From a bacterium (GTDB lineage: Bacteria; UBA8248): 64,000 bases of DNA. The translations under genes were made by a program, and so were the position numbers. Shown here one piece after another: positions 48,720 to 57,171 of this stretch; position 1 is the stretch's first letter; each line of letters opens with the position of its first letter. The DNA is taken from NCBI GenBank assembly GCA_965200245.1, contig CBDATS010000015.1, forward strand, positions 288,001 to 352,000. The letters are read 5' to 3'. The notes beneath the pieces were generated by a model. The model searched no databases and was not told where the DNA came from. It worked only from the letters and a program-made list of their open reading frames with translations.

Positions 48720-50369
48720 ATGGCGTCAACCAAGGAAGGGGGAAAGTCACCTTCCTCACCTGTAAAAATTGGAACGGAAAAAACGTTCGGCCTCCATGAA
48801 GTTGGCCTCAAGAACGTAGGCAAGGTATACCGGAATCTCCCCATCCCCACACTCAACGAAATGGCGGTCGCGCGAGGCGAAGGTTACCTCGCTCCCAACG
48901 GGGCGCTCGTGGTTCATACCGGCAAATTCTCGGGCCGCTCGCCCAAAGACAAGTTCACGGTCGATCAGAACCCGTCCAACAAGAAGATATGGTGGGGTCC
49001 CATCAACCAGAAGATATCGACTGAAAACTGGGACAACATTTTCCAGAAAATAGCCAGCTATGCCCAAAAGCGCGACCTCTTTATCTTCGACGGTTTCGTG
49101 GGCAATGACGCGAGATACAAACTGCCCGTGCGCGTCATTTCAGAACTCGCCTGGCATTCGATGTTCTGCCAGACGCTGCTCGTGCGTCCCGAGCCCGGTG
49201 AACTCGACACTCACAAAAACCCCTTTACAGTAATCGACATGGGCAGGTTTCTGGGTGCGGGACCGACGGAAGGACTCCGGCAAGAGAACTTTACACTGGT
49301 GAATTTCGAGAAAAACATGGCGCTCATCGGCGGATCGGAGTATGCCGGCGAGATGAAGAAATCGGCCTTTTTCATCATGAACTACCTCCTTCCCCAAAAG
49401 GGCGTCTTCCCGATGCACTGTTCGGCGAACATGGGTCACGGCGGAGACACGGCTCTTTTCTTCGGCCTCTCCGGCACGGGAAAGACCACGTTGTCCGCAG
49501 ATCCGAACCGAAAGCTCATCGGCGACGACGAACACGGCTGGTCGGATACCGGCATCTTCAATTTCGAAGGCGGATGCTACGCGAAAACCATCAATCTCAC
49601 GCGGGAAGATGAGCCCCAGATTTGGGATGCCATCCGCTTCGGTTCCGTTCTCGAGAATGTTATCGTCGATCCGCTTACGCGGGAAATCGATTATGACGAC
49701 ATGTCGATAACCGAAAACACACGCGCCACCTATCCCAACCACTTCATTGACAACTGCGTGCTCTCGGGCATGGGAGGGCATCCGAAAAACATTTTCTTTC
49801 TCACCTGTGACGCGTTCGGCGTACTGCCCCCTATCAGCAAGCTCACTCCCGAACAGGCCGCCTACCATTTCCTCTCCGGCTATACGGCGAAAGTGGCGGG
49901 TACCGAAGCTGGTGTCGATGATCCGATGGCTACGTTCAGCAGTTGTTTCGGGGCGCCATTCCTCGCCCTGCATCCCGCCGAATACGGCGAAATGCTCATG
50001 GACAGGCTCAGGAAACACAACGCGCAGGTATGGCTCGTCAACACCGGCTGGATCGGGGGAGCCGCTGGCGAGGTTGACAGGATGCCGCTGCATCATACGC
50101 GCGCGCTTCTGACAGCCGCACTTACGGGCGAACTTGCCAAGGTTCCCACCCAGGACGTGCCGATTTTCGATTTGCACGTCCCGACAAGCTGCCCCGGAGT
50201 GCCGCAGAAATATATGATTCCCAGAAATCTCTGGAGAAGCAAGAAAAAATACGACGAGAAAATACACGAGCTCGCAGTAGAGTTCCAGAAGAATTTCGAC
50301 CAGTTCAGAGGCCGTGTGACACCGGACGTCGCAGCGGCAGGCCCGAAAAACCAGATGGTTGCTACATAG
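48720..50369 (+). CDS. pckA: Phosphoenolpyruvate carboxykinase (ATP)
   Basis: GRSPKDK, YAGEMKK, GLSGTGKTT, LIGDDEH and EGGCYAK motifs. Confidence 0.97.
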   Translation: MASTKEGGKSPSSPVKIGTEKTFGLHEVGLKNVGKVYRNLPIPTLNEMAVARGEGYLAPNGALVVHTGKFSGRSPKDKFTVDQNPSNKKIWWGPINQKISTENWDNIFQKIASYAQKRDLFIFDGFVGNDARYKLPVRVISELAWHSMFCQTLLVRPEPGELDTHKNPFTVIDMGRFLGAGPTEGLRQENFTLVNFEKNMALIGGSEYAGEMKKSAFFIMNYLLPQKGVFPMHCSANMGHGGDTALFFGLSGTGKTTLSADPNRKLIGDDEHGWSDTGIFNFEGGCYAKTINLTREDEPQIWDAIRFGSVLENVIVDPLTREIDYDDMSITENTRATYPNHFIDNCVLSGMGGHPKNIFFLTCDAFGVLPPISKLTPEQAAYHFLSGYTAKVAGTEAGVDDPMATFSSCFGAPFLALHPAEYGEMLMDRLRKHNAQVWLVNTGWIGGAAGEVDRMPLHHTRALLTAALTGELAKVPTQDVPIFDLHVPTSCPGVPQKYMIPRNLWRSKKKYDEKIHELAVEFQKNFDQFRGRVTPDVAAAGPKNQMVAT

Positions 50370-50401
50370 AGACCAACTCCCCTTGCGAAGGAGGTATTCC
50401 G

Positions 50402-50587
50402 ATGCCCGTTGTTCAGGTAAGCTTGTTGTCAGGAAGAACCAAGGAGCAAAAAGGCGCGATGGCGGATGAGATTACGGAGACGGTCCACAAGCACTCGGGC
50501 GCCCCGAAAGAAGTCATCACGGTCATATTCCAGGACATCGAAAGGGATTCCTGGGCCGCGAACGGAACGCTCTACGCGGACAGGTAG
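50402..50587 (+). CDS. 4-oxalocrotonate tautomerase family
   Basis: N-terminal Pro, GRTKEQK, 61 aa. Confidence 0.92.
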   Translation: MPVVQVSLLSGRTKEQKGAMADEITETVHKHSGAPKEVITVIFQDIERDSWAANGTLYADR

Positions 50588-50620
50588 TGACGATAATTCT
50601 TTCACGTGAGGAGGGTCGAA

Positions 50621-51478
50621 ATGAACGTCGACAATTTCCGGCTCGCACTCGTGCAGCCGATGGGATATCCCCCACCCGATGATGAAAAAAACGTGGCCGA
50701 CGCCGTTCGATACGTCGAAGACGCCGCTGCCCAGGGGGCCGATTTCGTCGCCTTTCCAGAATCGTATCCCGGCCCCTGGCGCATGCCGGCCACGTTCGAC
50801 CCCACCGAGGCGATGGAAGAAGTAGCCAAGCGATGCGGCGTTTACGTTCAGTACGGAACCCTGGAGCCGCTGGACGTCGAGAAAAAAACGGCCCATAACC
50901 TGTTGAACCTCGCTCGACCTGCCGGCGGCCCCTCCGGACGCTATCGCAGGACTCATCCTCCCGGACCATGGATATACACTGGTGGCGGTATCTGGGAGTT
51001 CCAGTACGTCGCGGGAAACGAATACCCCGTTTTCGAGACCCGCTACGGCCAGGTAGGAATGGCGATGTGCAGCGAGGTCTATATGCCTGAAGTTACCCGC
51101 GCGCTCTCCCTGCGGGGAGCGGAGATCATCTTCCTGCCTGCGGGCGTGGACAAGAAAAAGCTGTGGGGCACCTGGCGAAACCTCATCTGGTCACGCGCGA
51201 TTGAGAATCTCGCCATCGTCATCACCACACAGAACCTTTTTGACAAGAGCCAACGCGGACTGGCGATGGTGGCGACGCCTGAAGAAGTCATATTCGAGAG
51301 TACGAAGGCCGGCATGTTCATGGTCGATGTGGATCTGGAGCGAATCCGCGAGCTTCGCAAGCAAAACGACGAAGTGACATCCTCGGGGCAAAACGCGGCC
51401 AAGGCCGGCGTGCTGACGCAGTGGCAACGGCCCGAACTATACGACAAGTTTTTCCCCAGAGAAGGCGCTGCCAGCTAA
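50621..51478 (+). CDS. Carbon-nitrogen hydrolase (nitrilase superfamily)
   Basis: FPE, YRRTH, MCSE and RAIEN motifs. Confidence 0.88.
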   Translation: MNVDNFRLALVQPMGYPPPDDEKNVADAVRYVEDAAAQGADFVAFPESYPGPWRMPATFDPTEAMEEVAKRCGVYVQYGTLEPLDVEKKTAHNLLNLARPAGGPSGRYRRTHPPGPWIYTGGGIWEFQYVAGNEYPVFETRYGQVGMAMCSEVYMPEVTRALSLRGAEIIFLPAGVDKKKLWGTWRNLIWSRAIENLAIVITTQNLFDKSQRGLAMVATPEEVIFESTKAGMFMVDVDLERIRELRKQNDEVTSSGQNAAKAGVLTQWQRPELYDKFFPREGAAS

Positions 51479-51489
51479 AGGAACATACA

Positions 51490-51512
51490 CCCCCGGGGCG
51501 CTGGTCCCGGGG
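51490..51512 (+). terminator. Hairpin after the nitrilase gene
   Basis: CCCCGGG-N8-CCCGGGG. Confidence 0.4.
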
Positions 51513-51540
51513 CGATTTCCCATAAATTTTCTCCTAGAAG

Positions 51541-52056
51541 ATGCGAATGTCAAACACCAGTTTCTGGCTTCTCTACGTTCACATCCTGGCGGCCTGCCTG
51601 TATGAAGGGGCACTTGTCTTCTTCTGTTTTCTGACGCGACATCTGCGGCGCAGGCTCTCGCCGGAGGAATATGCAGACGAGATCATTTCCATCCTGCAGT
51701 TTTATCACCCCTTCGTGCTCATCTGCATGGGCGTGTTGATCATGACGGGCGCGTGGTATCTGACGGGCTTGAAGATGACCATGGGCCCCGCATTCGGGAA
51801 GATATTTGTGCCGTTGGGCCTGAAATTGCTGACGGTATTTCTGATGATGATGGGAATCAGCTTTCAGTTCTTCGCGGTGGGTCTCAGGCTAACGCGGGGG
51901 TTGGGACTGGGACCCGCTGGAAACGGACGTTCCATAGGCGATATGACGGAAGAGCGCACCAAATTGCTGAGGACGCTCGAGCGTGTGAATCTCGCCAATG
52001 CAGTCCTCGCACTGTTTGCCATATTTTTCGGACTCGCGCTGAATAAGGGTTTTTAG
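51541..52056 (+). CDS. Hypothetical 4-TM membrane protein (CopD/DUF2269-like)
   Basis: HILAA helix, TG in TM2, LGLKL in TM3. Confidence 0.65.
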   Translation: MRMSNTSFWLLYVHILAACLYEGALVFFCFLTRHLRRRLSPEEYADEIISILQFYHPFVLICMGVLIMTGAWYLTGLKMTMGPAFGKIFVPLGLKLLTVFLMMMGISFQFFAVGLRLTRGLGLGPAGNGRSIGDMTEERTKLLRTLERVNLANAVLALFAIFFGLALNKGF

Positions 52057-52179
52057 TCAAATGTTTGCGAGTCAGAATTAATGCAAAACTTGATATTATT
52101 TTAGCCGACGAAATTTATCTGGAACCGCTCGAATCTATCGATATTTGCCTGATTTTCCCAAAGACTTTGAGGGTTCTTC

Positions 52180-52911
52180 ATGGCTACGGGCCCGGAACTC
52201 GCCAGTGCTGCGAACAGACGCCCCGTCAGCGGTGCCAAAGTCGTCCCGCGCCGCTGGGAAGGGTTCTCGGGCGTCAATCTATCAGGTCCCAGAACCTCGA
52301 CTGAACCGCTTGATGCGGAGCGCGACACGGCTGGCATCTACCGTGCTGCGACAGAAGGTGAAGAACCCGAGCGGATATTCGATTACATGAGCGTGGGTCC
52401 CTTCTCAAATGAAGAGGAGGTGCACGCCCTGCTCCTTGAGCGTCAGGCTTCCCGCGACCCGCTGTACGTCATCTACCGCGACTCCGCCACGGGTCGCCTC
52501 GGCGGCATGGGCAGTTTCATGGAGATCAGGCCTGCCGCCGGAGTCGTCGAAATCGGCCATATCTGGTTCGGACGCGCCTGGCAGCGCAGCGTGCTGGCCA
52601 CGGAAGTCATCTCGCTCAAAATGCGCCACGCCCTGGAAACCCTGGGCTACCGTCGCCTGGAATGGAAATGCGACGCCCTGAACACGGCCTCGCGCTCCGC
52701 AGCCCTGCGTCTAGGCTTTCGTTATGAAGGCATTTTCCTGAATCACATGATCGTCAAGGGACGCAGTCGCGACACCGCCTGGTTCTCCCTCACCCAGGAG
52801 GAATGGCCTGCCGTCCGCGAAGCACACGATCACTGGCTCGCGCCGGACAATTTCGACGCCACAGGCCGCCAGAAATGCCCGCTAAGCGCCCTCACCCGCG
52901 CGCTTTGGTGA
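52180..52911 (+). CDS. GNAT N-acetyltransferase, RimJ/RimL type
   Basis: VEIGHIWF, LGYRRLEWKCDALN, A.RLGF.YEG and KGRSRDTAWFS motifs. Confidence 0.92.
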   Translation: MATGPELASAANRRPVSGAKVVPRRWEGFSGVNLSGPRTSTEPLDAERDTAGIYRAATEGEEPERIFDYMSVGPFSNEEEVHALLLERQASRDPLYVIYRDSATGRLGGMGSFMEIRPAAGVVEIGHIWFGRAWQRSVLATEVISLKMRHALETLGYRRLEWKCDALNTASRSAALRLGFRYEGIFLNHMIVKGRSRDTAWFSLTQEEWPAVREAHDHWLAPDNFDATGRQKCPLSALTRALW

Positions 52912-52924
52912 AAAGGCCTGGGGT

Positions 52925-52952
52925 CCCCGGTCGACCAAGCAGTCGTCCGGGG
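52925..52952. terminator. GC-rich hairpin between convergent GNAT and NHLP genes (copy 2)
   Basis: CCCCGG-T-CGAC-CAAGCA-GTCG-T-CCGGGG. Confidence 0.55.
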
Positions 52953-52973
52953 AAGGAAATCGTGACACCCATT

Positions 52974-53246
52974 CTAACCCATATGAATGGTATCCACATC
53001 ATCCCAATAGCTGCCGCCACTGGCGTCTTTCAACTGTTCATCGGTGAGCCGGGACGGAGGCGGAAGGACGAGATAGCTGTTCTCGGCGTCGTCTTCCATC
53101 ACATGCAGGTTGAAATTCTCCGGCATCGTTACCCCGAACTCCTCCGATATCACGGCCTTCGGTTCAGAAATCAGACGGGCGCGGAACTCCTCGCTGTCGC
53201 CTGCCTTCTCGATCAGGTGCTCGCGCATCTCGGTGACGGATTTCAT
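52974..53246 (-). CDS. NHLP RiPP precursor, core SYWDDVDTIHMG (90 aa)
   Basis: AAAGGAG RBS, ATG at 53246; KAGDSEEFRARLISEPK, LHVMED...YLVLPP and LTDEQLKDASGG motifs. Confidence 0.92.
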   Translation of the reverse strand: MKSVTEMREHLIEKAGDSEEFRARLISEPKAVISEEFGVTMPENFNLHVMEDDAENSYLVLPPPSRLTDEQLKDASGGSYWDDVDTIHMG

Positions 53247-53812
53247 TCTGGTCTCCTTTCCTGAGGAAATGAGTATGGGTGGATACCTCCGATGCCTTGT
53301 TTGCATCGTTGCCATGAACAGGGTATGGGACATTCCGGTGGGAAGGCGAGAAATTTCCTGACGTTTTTCTCGTGAGGAACAGGCTTCCTCCCGGAATCCC
53401 GTCCGTGTGTCCCCCGTTTTCCCGGAAACCGGCGGCGGCAGAATCCCCAGGCAAAGGATAATCAAACCAAGTATGTCAAAGAGAGGTTCAAATTGAAGAT
53501 ATTGAATGGATGAGTGAGTCCACTTTGTGATGAACACGAGAAAAAGCCTTGAGACGAAACCCTAGAAAGAGTCAGGCCGTATCCGGGGCATGAAACCAGA
53601 GATGTGTCGAATTACTACCCGCCGGGGTATCCAGTAAAATATCAGGAAGGGATTATGGAAGAGAAAAATTTCAGAGAAGACAGTTTTTCAGAAAGGCGCA
53701 TTCTTGCTGGTTAGGAGTTACGAAAAATACAGAAAAAGATGTATTAAATTGGGGTTTATATCCTTAACTTCCTGTCATTGTTAAATTCCTTTCACATCTG
53801 CTTGATTTTTCT

Positions 53813-54058
53813 TCACCTGGTTTTTCTGTAATTTTTCCATGACTTGGCACGACGGGATGTTTGCTCTTCCAGAACCCAAGAACTAAGGCTTGCCAAACCC
53901 CTTTTGCCTCTTATCTTAATACGGTACTTTCCATCCTTGCATGCGCACACCTGACGCCTTTCGTTTATCATGCTGGGATCAGAACGAATAAACCTCATTT
54001 CCTTCCGAGCCTCCAAAATTGTCTGGCACTTTATATAAGTTGCAGTTGATTTTCCCAT
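53813..54058 (-). CDS. Possible small basic hypothetical protein
   Basis: 81-aa ORF directly after the methylase remnant; no recognised motif. Confidence 0.25.
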   Translation of the reverse strand: MGKSTATYIKCQTILEARKEMRFIRSDPSMINERRQVCACKDGKYRIKIRGKRGLASLSSWVLEEQTSRRAKSWKNYRKTR

Positions 54059-54073
54059 GGTTGCATTTAAATC

Positions 54074-54287
54074 TCACGTTTCTTGTGCCGCAACCGCATA
54101 CGGAAGGTTCGGGAATCTTCCGTTCAGGACTGCCTGAAGTATCAATATCTACATCTTGGGGAAAGGTTTTGTATCAAACATCCCCCCCCCCTTGCTTGTC
54201 CAATTGCCAAATTCCCGATTCCCTGGCGAACTGGAGCATGGATTTCGTTGGCTTATTCTTCGTGATGAAAACTCCTGCTATTTCCCG
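54074..54287 (-). pseudogene. C-terminal remnant of a DNA methyltransferase/Mrr-like fusion
   Basis: GVFITKNKPTKSMLQFARESG...FPKM*ILILQAVLNGRFPNLP; frameshift in a G10 tract and an in-frame TAG. Confidence 0.6.
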
Positions 54288-54358
54288 TTAAACTCTGTTT
54301 CGAAGAACTCTCAGTGAGGAATTTGAGAAAATGTTCTTTTCGTCCTTTTCTGTGAATT

Positions 54359-55099
54359 TCAAAGATGGACATCAATCCCCTGCCCGTCTTGAGGCGGCCA
54401 GATGCGGCTTGCCGCCAGGGGTGAACCGATAGGATGGACCAGATATCCGTGTACACGCTTCGTCCATTCGGTTTCCTCGAGCGCAATGTAGTTCTCCTCA
54501 CGCGCCTCAAGTGATGTGAATTCATACAGAACGGAGTGCTTGGGCGAACCCGTCGCCACAAGGTATTTCCTGGCACCGATGCAGCCGGGTGTGAATGCGA
54601 CTCTCGCCATCCGTTCCTGGGCGTACCATGCTTCAAGGTTCTCATCATTACCCTGCGCCTCGTAGCGGCCTATCTGGATGGCGGGCGCCATGATGTGCGG
54701 GGCTTCCCGACTGCCCGCGTCCGGGCCTTCCACACGCCATTCCTCGCAGAGCATGAATCCCCTTGCCTGAATCCGCATACCCACCATCTTGCGAGTCTCT
54801 TCGTCCTGGCGCTCTTTTAGCTGCGCCGGGCTGGGGTCGTAGAAAACCCGGGTGGTTTCCCCGCCGAAAAGCGCAATGAATCCTGTGCCCGACGCGAGCG
54901 CAAGGTCATCGTCGCGGTTCAGTCGTGCCGCAATTTTCTCGAAACGCTCTCCAGGGTGCTTCACCTCGTAGTGGGCCGCCCAGGTGTAGCCCGGACGCGA
55001 GAGTTTCTCGGGGACATGAATTTCATGGAACCACCCCATATATTGTTCCTGCCCATCCTCGGGCAGATCGTAGATGATCGCCCATACCGCTCTGTCCAT
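54359..55099 (-). CDS. Hypothetical protein with two dimeric alpha/beta-barrel (EthD/DUF4286-like) repeats
   Basis: WFHEIHVPE..RPG and WYAQERM...PG..GARKY repeats. Confidence 0.7.
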   Translation of the reverse strand: MDRAVWAIIYDLPEDGQEQYMGWFHEIHVPEKLSRPGYTWAAHYEVKHPGERFEKIAARLNRDDDLALASGTGFIALFGGETTRVFYDPSPAQLKERQDEETRKMVGMRIQARGFMLCEEWRVEGPDAGSREAPHIMAPAIQIGRYEAQGNDENLEAWYAQERMARVAFTPGCIGARKYLVATGSPKHSVLYEFTSLEAREENYIALEETEWTKRVHGYLVHPIGSPLAASRIWPPQDGQGIDVHL

Positions 55100-55245
55100 G
55101 CTCTGTCTCCGTATCGCAGAAATGAATTATGGATGAAGGATAGCCGTTGTTCATTCATTGTAATATAAAGATTTGGTCAGGCGCATTATCTTCACTTGCC
55201 GATCTGTTGTTGGCGTTGGAATCAATTTCAAGGAGCCTATCCACG

Positions 55246-55875
55246 ATGCTATACGAAGTTCGGGCCTACACGTTCACGGCAGGATTTGCCCCCGAAGGCG
55301 CGGAGGATTTTGGCAGGATCATCGAAAAAAGAGTCGCCATATCTCCACTCATCGGGTTTTTCATCTCCGCCATCGGGGGACTCAACCGAATCCTCCACAT
55401 CTGGGAATACGAGAATTCCGCCCATAGGGAAACTGCACGCGCAGAAGCACTCGCCCAGCCGTGGTGGCCTCCGCTTCAGGTGGAGAAAATCCTCTATCAG
55501 CAGACGAGGCTCATGCGGGCTGCTTCGTTTTGTCGCAAGCCGCGGACAGGAAAGATGGGCGGTGTCTACGAAATCAGGAGCGATGTGATGGCTACGGGCA
55601 AGATGCGTGCCATCAGTGAGGCGTGGGAGAAGAACCTGCCCGAGAGGGAGCGTCTTTCGCCCTTGGCGGCGGCGTTTGCCAATCCGGCGGGAGAGTTCGA
55701 GTCCGGCATTCTGAACGAGTTCCTGCACATCTGGCCTTACCGGGACATGAACCACTGGGCCGAAGTGCAGAGAGAAGTCACGAACCTCCCGAATTGGGAA
55801 AGCGGTTACAAGTCTTGTCTTCGGAGCGAGAATTCCGAAATCTGGTATCCGGTTGCGTATTCGCCCATGAAATAA
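55246..55875 (+). CDS. NIPSNAP-family protein
   Basis: YEVRAY, G.LNRILHIWEY, VYEIR and HIWPY motifs; AAGGAG RBS. Confidence 0.88.
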   Translation: MLYEVRAYTFTAGFAPEGAEDFGRIIEKRVAISPLIGFFISAIGGLNRILHIWEYENSAHRETARAEALAQPWWPPLQVEKILYQQTRLMRAASFCRKPRTGKMGGVYEIRSDVMATGKMRAISEAWEKNLPERERLSPLAAAFANPAGEFESGILNEFLHIWPYRDMNHWAEVQREVTNLPNWESGYKSCLRSENSEIWYPVAYSPMK

Positions 55876-55901
55876 CGGGGAATGCCAACTTCGTTCCCCG
55901 T
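55876..55901. terminator. Hairpin between convergent NIPSNAP and tRNA genes
   Basis: ACGGGGAA...TTCCCCGT. Confidence 0.6.
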
Positions 55902-55915
55902 CGAGTGAAGGCTAT

Positions 55916-55990
55916 TGGAGCGGGAAACGGGATTTGAACCCGCGACCCCAACGTTGGCAACGTTGTGCTCTACCTCTGAGCTATTCCCGC
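55916..55990 (-). tRNA. tRNA-Gly (GCC)
   Basis: GCGGGAATAGCTCAGAGGTAGAGCACAACGTTGCCAACGTTGGGGTCGCGGGTTCAAATCCCGTTTCCCGCTCCA folds as a cloverleaf with encoded CCA. Confidence 0.97.
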
Positions 55991-56005
55991 ATACAACAAT
56001 CAAAA

Positions 56006-56033
56006 AGTGTACCCGACTGGCGTCAGGAGTCAA
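56006..56033 (-). promoter_or_regulatory. tRNA promoter
   Basis: TTGACT-N16-TACACT on the minus strand. Confidence 0.6.
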
Positions 56034-56055
56034 GAGGCGTGCGGAGGATACTGTC

Positions 56056-57171
56056 TCACCTTTGCCGGCCACTCGCTTCCAGTTTGTCCGCAAGCCAGTC
56101 CGCCGCGAGGGGACGCCACAGGAAAGGAATGTTGTTGCACACGTGGACTCCTTCCGGGTACACCACGAGTTCGCATGCATCGCCCGCCTCCGCCACTATC
56201 TTGTGGGCCTGTGTGAGGGGGCACAGCCTGTCCCTGGCACCATGAATGATCAACAGGGGTCTATCCAGCCCTCTCAGGTGCCCACGCAGGGATATTTTCC
56301 GGGACGTGAGAGCTCCTTCTTGTTCATCGTTTTCTGTCTGGAAGGAAACGCATATCCCCTGGCGGGTCAACGTGGGCAGATCCTTCCATATCTCCGCCAG
56401 GTCGTAGGGGCCGCAAACGCCGACTCCCGCCTTGAGGCGAGGCTCGAAGGCCAGGCTGCGGGGCGCATAGTATCCACCCAGGCTTACTCCCAGGACACCT
56501 ATACGGGATGAGTCCAGCCGCGAATCTTCCACCAGACGATTCATGACAGCGGAGACCACGTGTTCGAAATCGGCACGCAGTTGCATGTCTGCGTTTTCCC
56601 CCTGAGCGGGACCGTCGAAGGTGAAAGTAGCCATCCCCCTGGCGTGGAAAACTTCTTCCAGCGTATGGAACTCCTCTTTGGTGGAATCAAGACCCGCTAC
56701 CAAGACAACGCACGGTGCGCCACTCTCGCCCTTTGCTCCCTCGGGAATGCGCAGGATACCCGGCAGGAATCTTTCGTCCCCCCATGGAATTTCCACCCGT
56801 TCGGCAGGCGGTTTCAGATGTGGTGCACCGCGAAGGTAGGTCTCGACCTTGCGTTTCTGTGCCTCGAGCTTAAGTTCCGAGTCTTCATGATAGACGAATT
56901 GGGCGAAATGATAGGCAAGAGAGGCGCGCACATACGCTTCAGCGGCACTTCTTTTTCTGCCGGCCTTTTCCATCTCGTGGGCCTCGCGCTCGCGAACTTC
57001 AGCGCGCTCCATCCAGAGGCGGCACCACTCGTGCCAGGAGCGCACCCGGGGGATGACTTCCGAGGCGTCGATATAGGAGATACCGTTCGCCAACAGGCGG
57101 ACGTACCAGTGCGAGAGAGCCTCTTGCGTAAGGGTATCGGCGGAGGATTCACTCAATTCTCTTCTCCTCAA
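56056..57171 (-). CDS. Alpha/beta hydrolase, FrsA/2,6-dihydroxypseudooxynicotine hydrolase-like
   Basis: GLDSTKEE, DGPAQGE, GVSLGGY and EG.HVCNN motifs. Confidence 0.88.
   Translation of the reverse strand: MRRRELSESSADTLTQEALSHWYVRLLANGISYIDASEVIPRVRSWHEWCRLWMERAEVREREAHEMEKAGRKRSAAEAYVRASLAYHFAQFVYHEDSELKLEAQKRKVETYLRGAPHLKPPAERVEIPWGDERFLPGILRIPEGAKGESGAPCVVLVAGLDSTKEEFHTLEEVFHARGMATFTFDGPAQGENADMQLRADFEHVVSAVMNRLVEDSRLDSSRIGVLGVSLGGYYAPRSLAFEPRLKAGVGVCGPYDLAEIWKDLPTLTRQGICVSFQTENDEQEGALTSRKISLRGHLRGLDRPLLIIHGARDRLCPLTQAHKIVAEAGDACELVVYPEGVHVCNNIPFLWRPLAADWLADKLEASGRQR

Larger units (their letters stand above)
52747..53436. repeat. Dispersed duplicated module, copy 2
   Basis: Collinear similarity to 28189-28936. 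Confidence 0.9.

Noticed and set aside
28410-53033. Diversity-generating retroelement (TR/VR pair) acting on the NHLP cores or the FGE protein
   Set aside because: Differences between the two core copies are not confined to adenines, there is no reverse transcriptase in the window, and no second copy of the FGE 3' end was seen.
52974-53537. 187-aa ORF as listed
   Set aside because: The N-terminal extension runs through the conserved non-coding element. The RBS and homology to copy 1 place the start at 53246.
20841-54151. Genome-wide TAG-to-Gln recoding (two TAGs fall at Gln-like positions)
   Set aside because: Many intact genes here end in TAG at the expected position (secA, futB, pckA, NHLP copy 2). 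CAG>TAG nonsense mutation is simpler.
55916-55990. tRNA-Gly as the attachment site of an integrated element
   Set aside because: No integrase and no convincing duplicate of the tRNA 3' end was seen. The short match TGGAGCGGGA near 2518 lies inside the ROK kinase gene and is probably chance.
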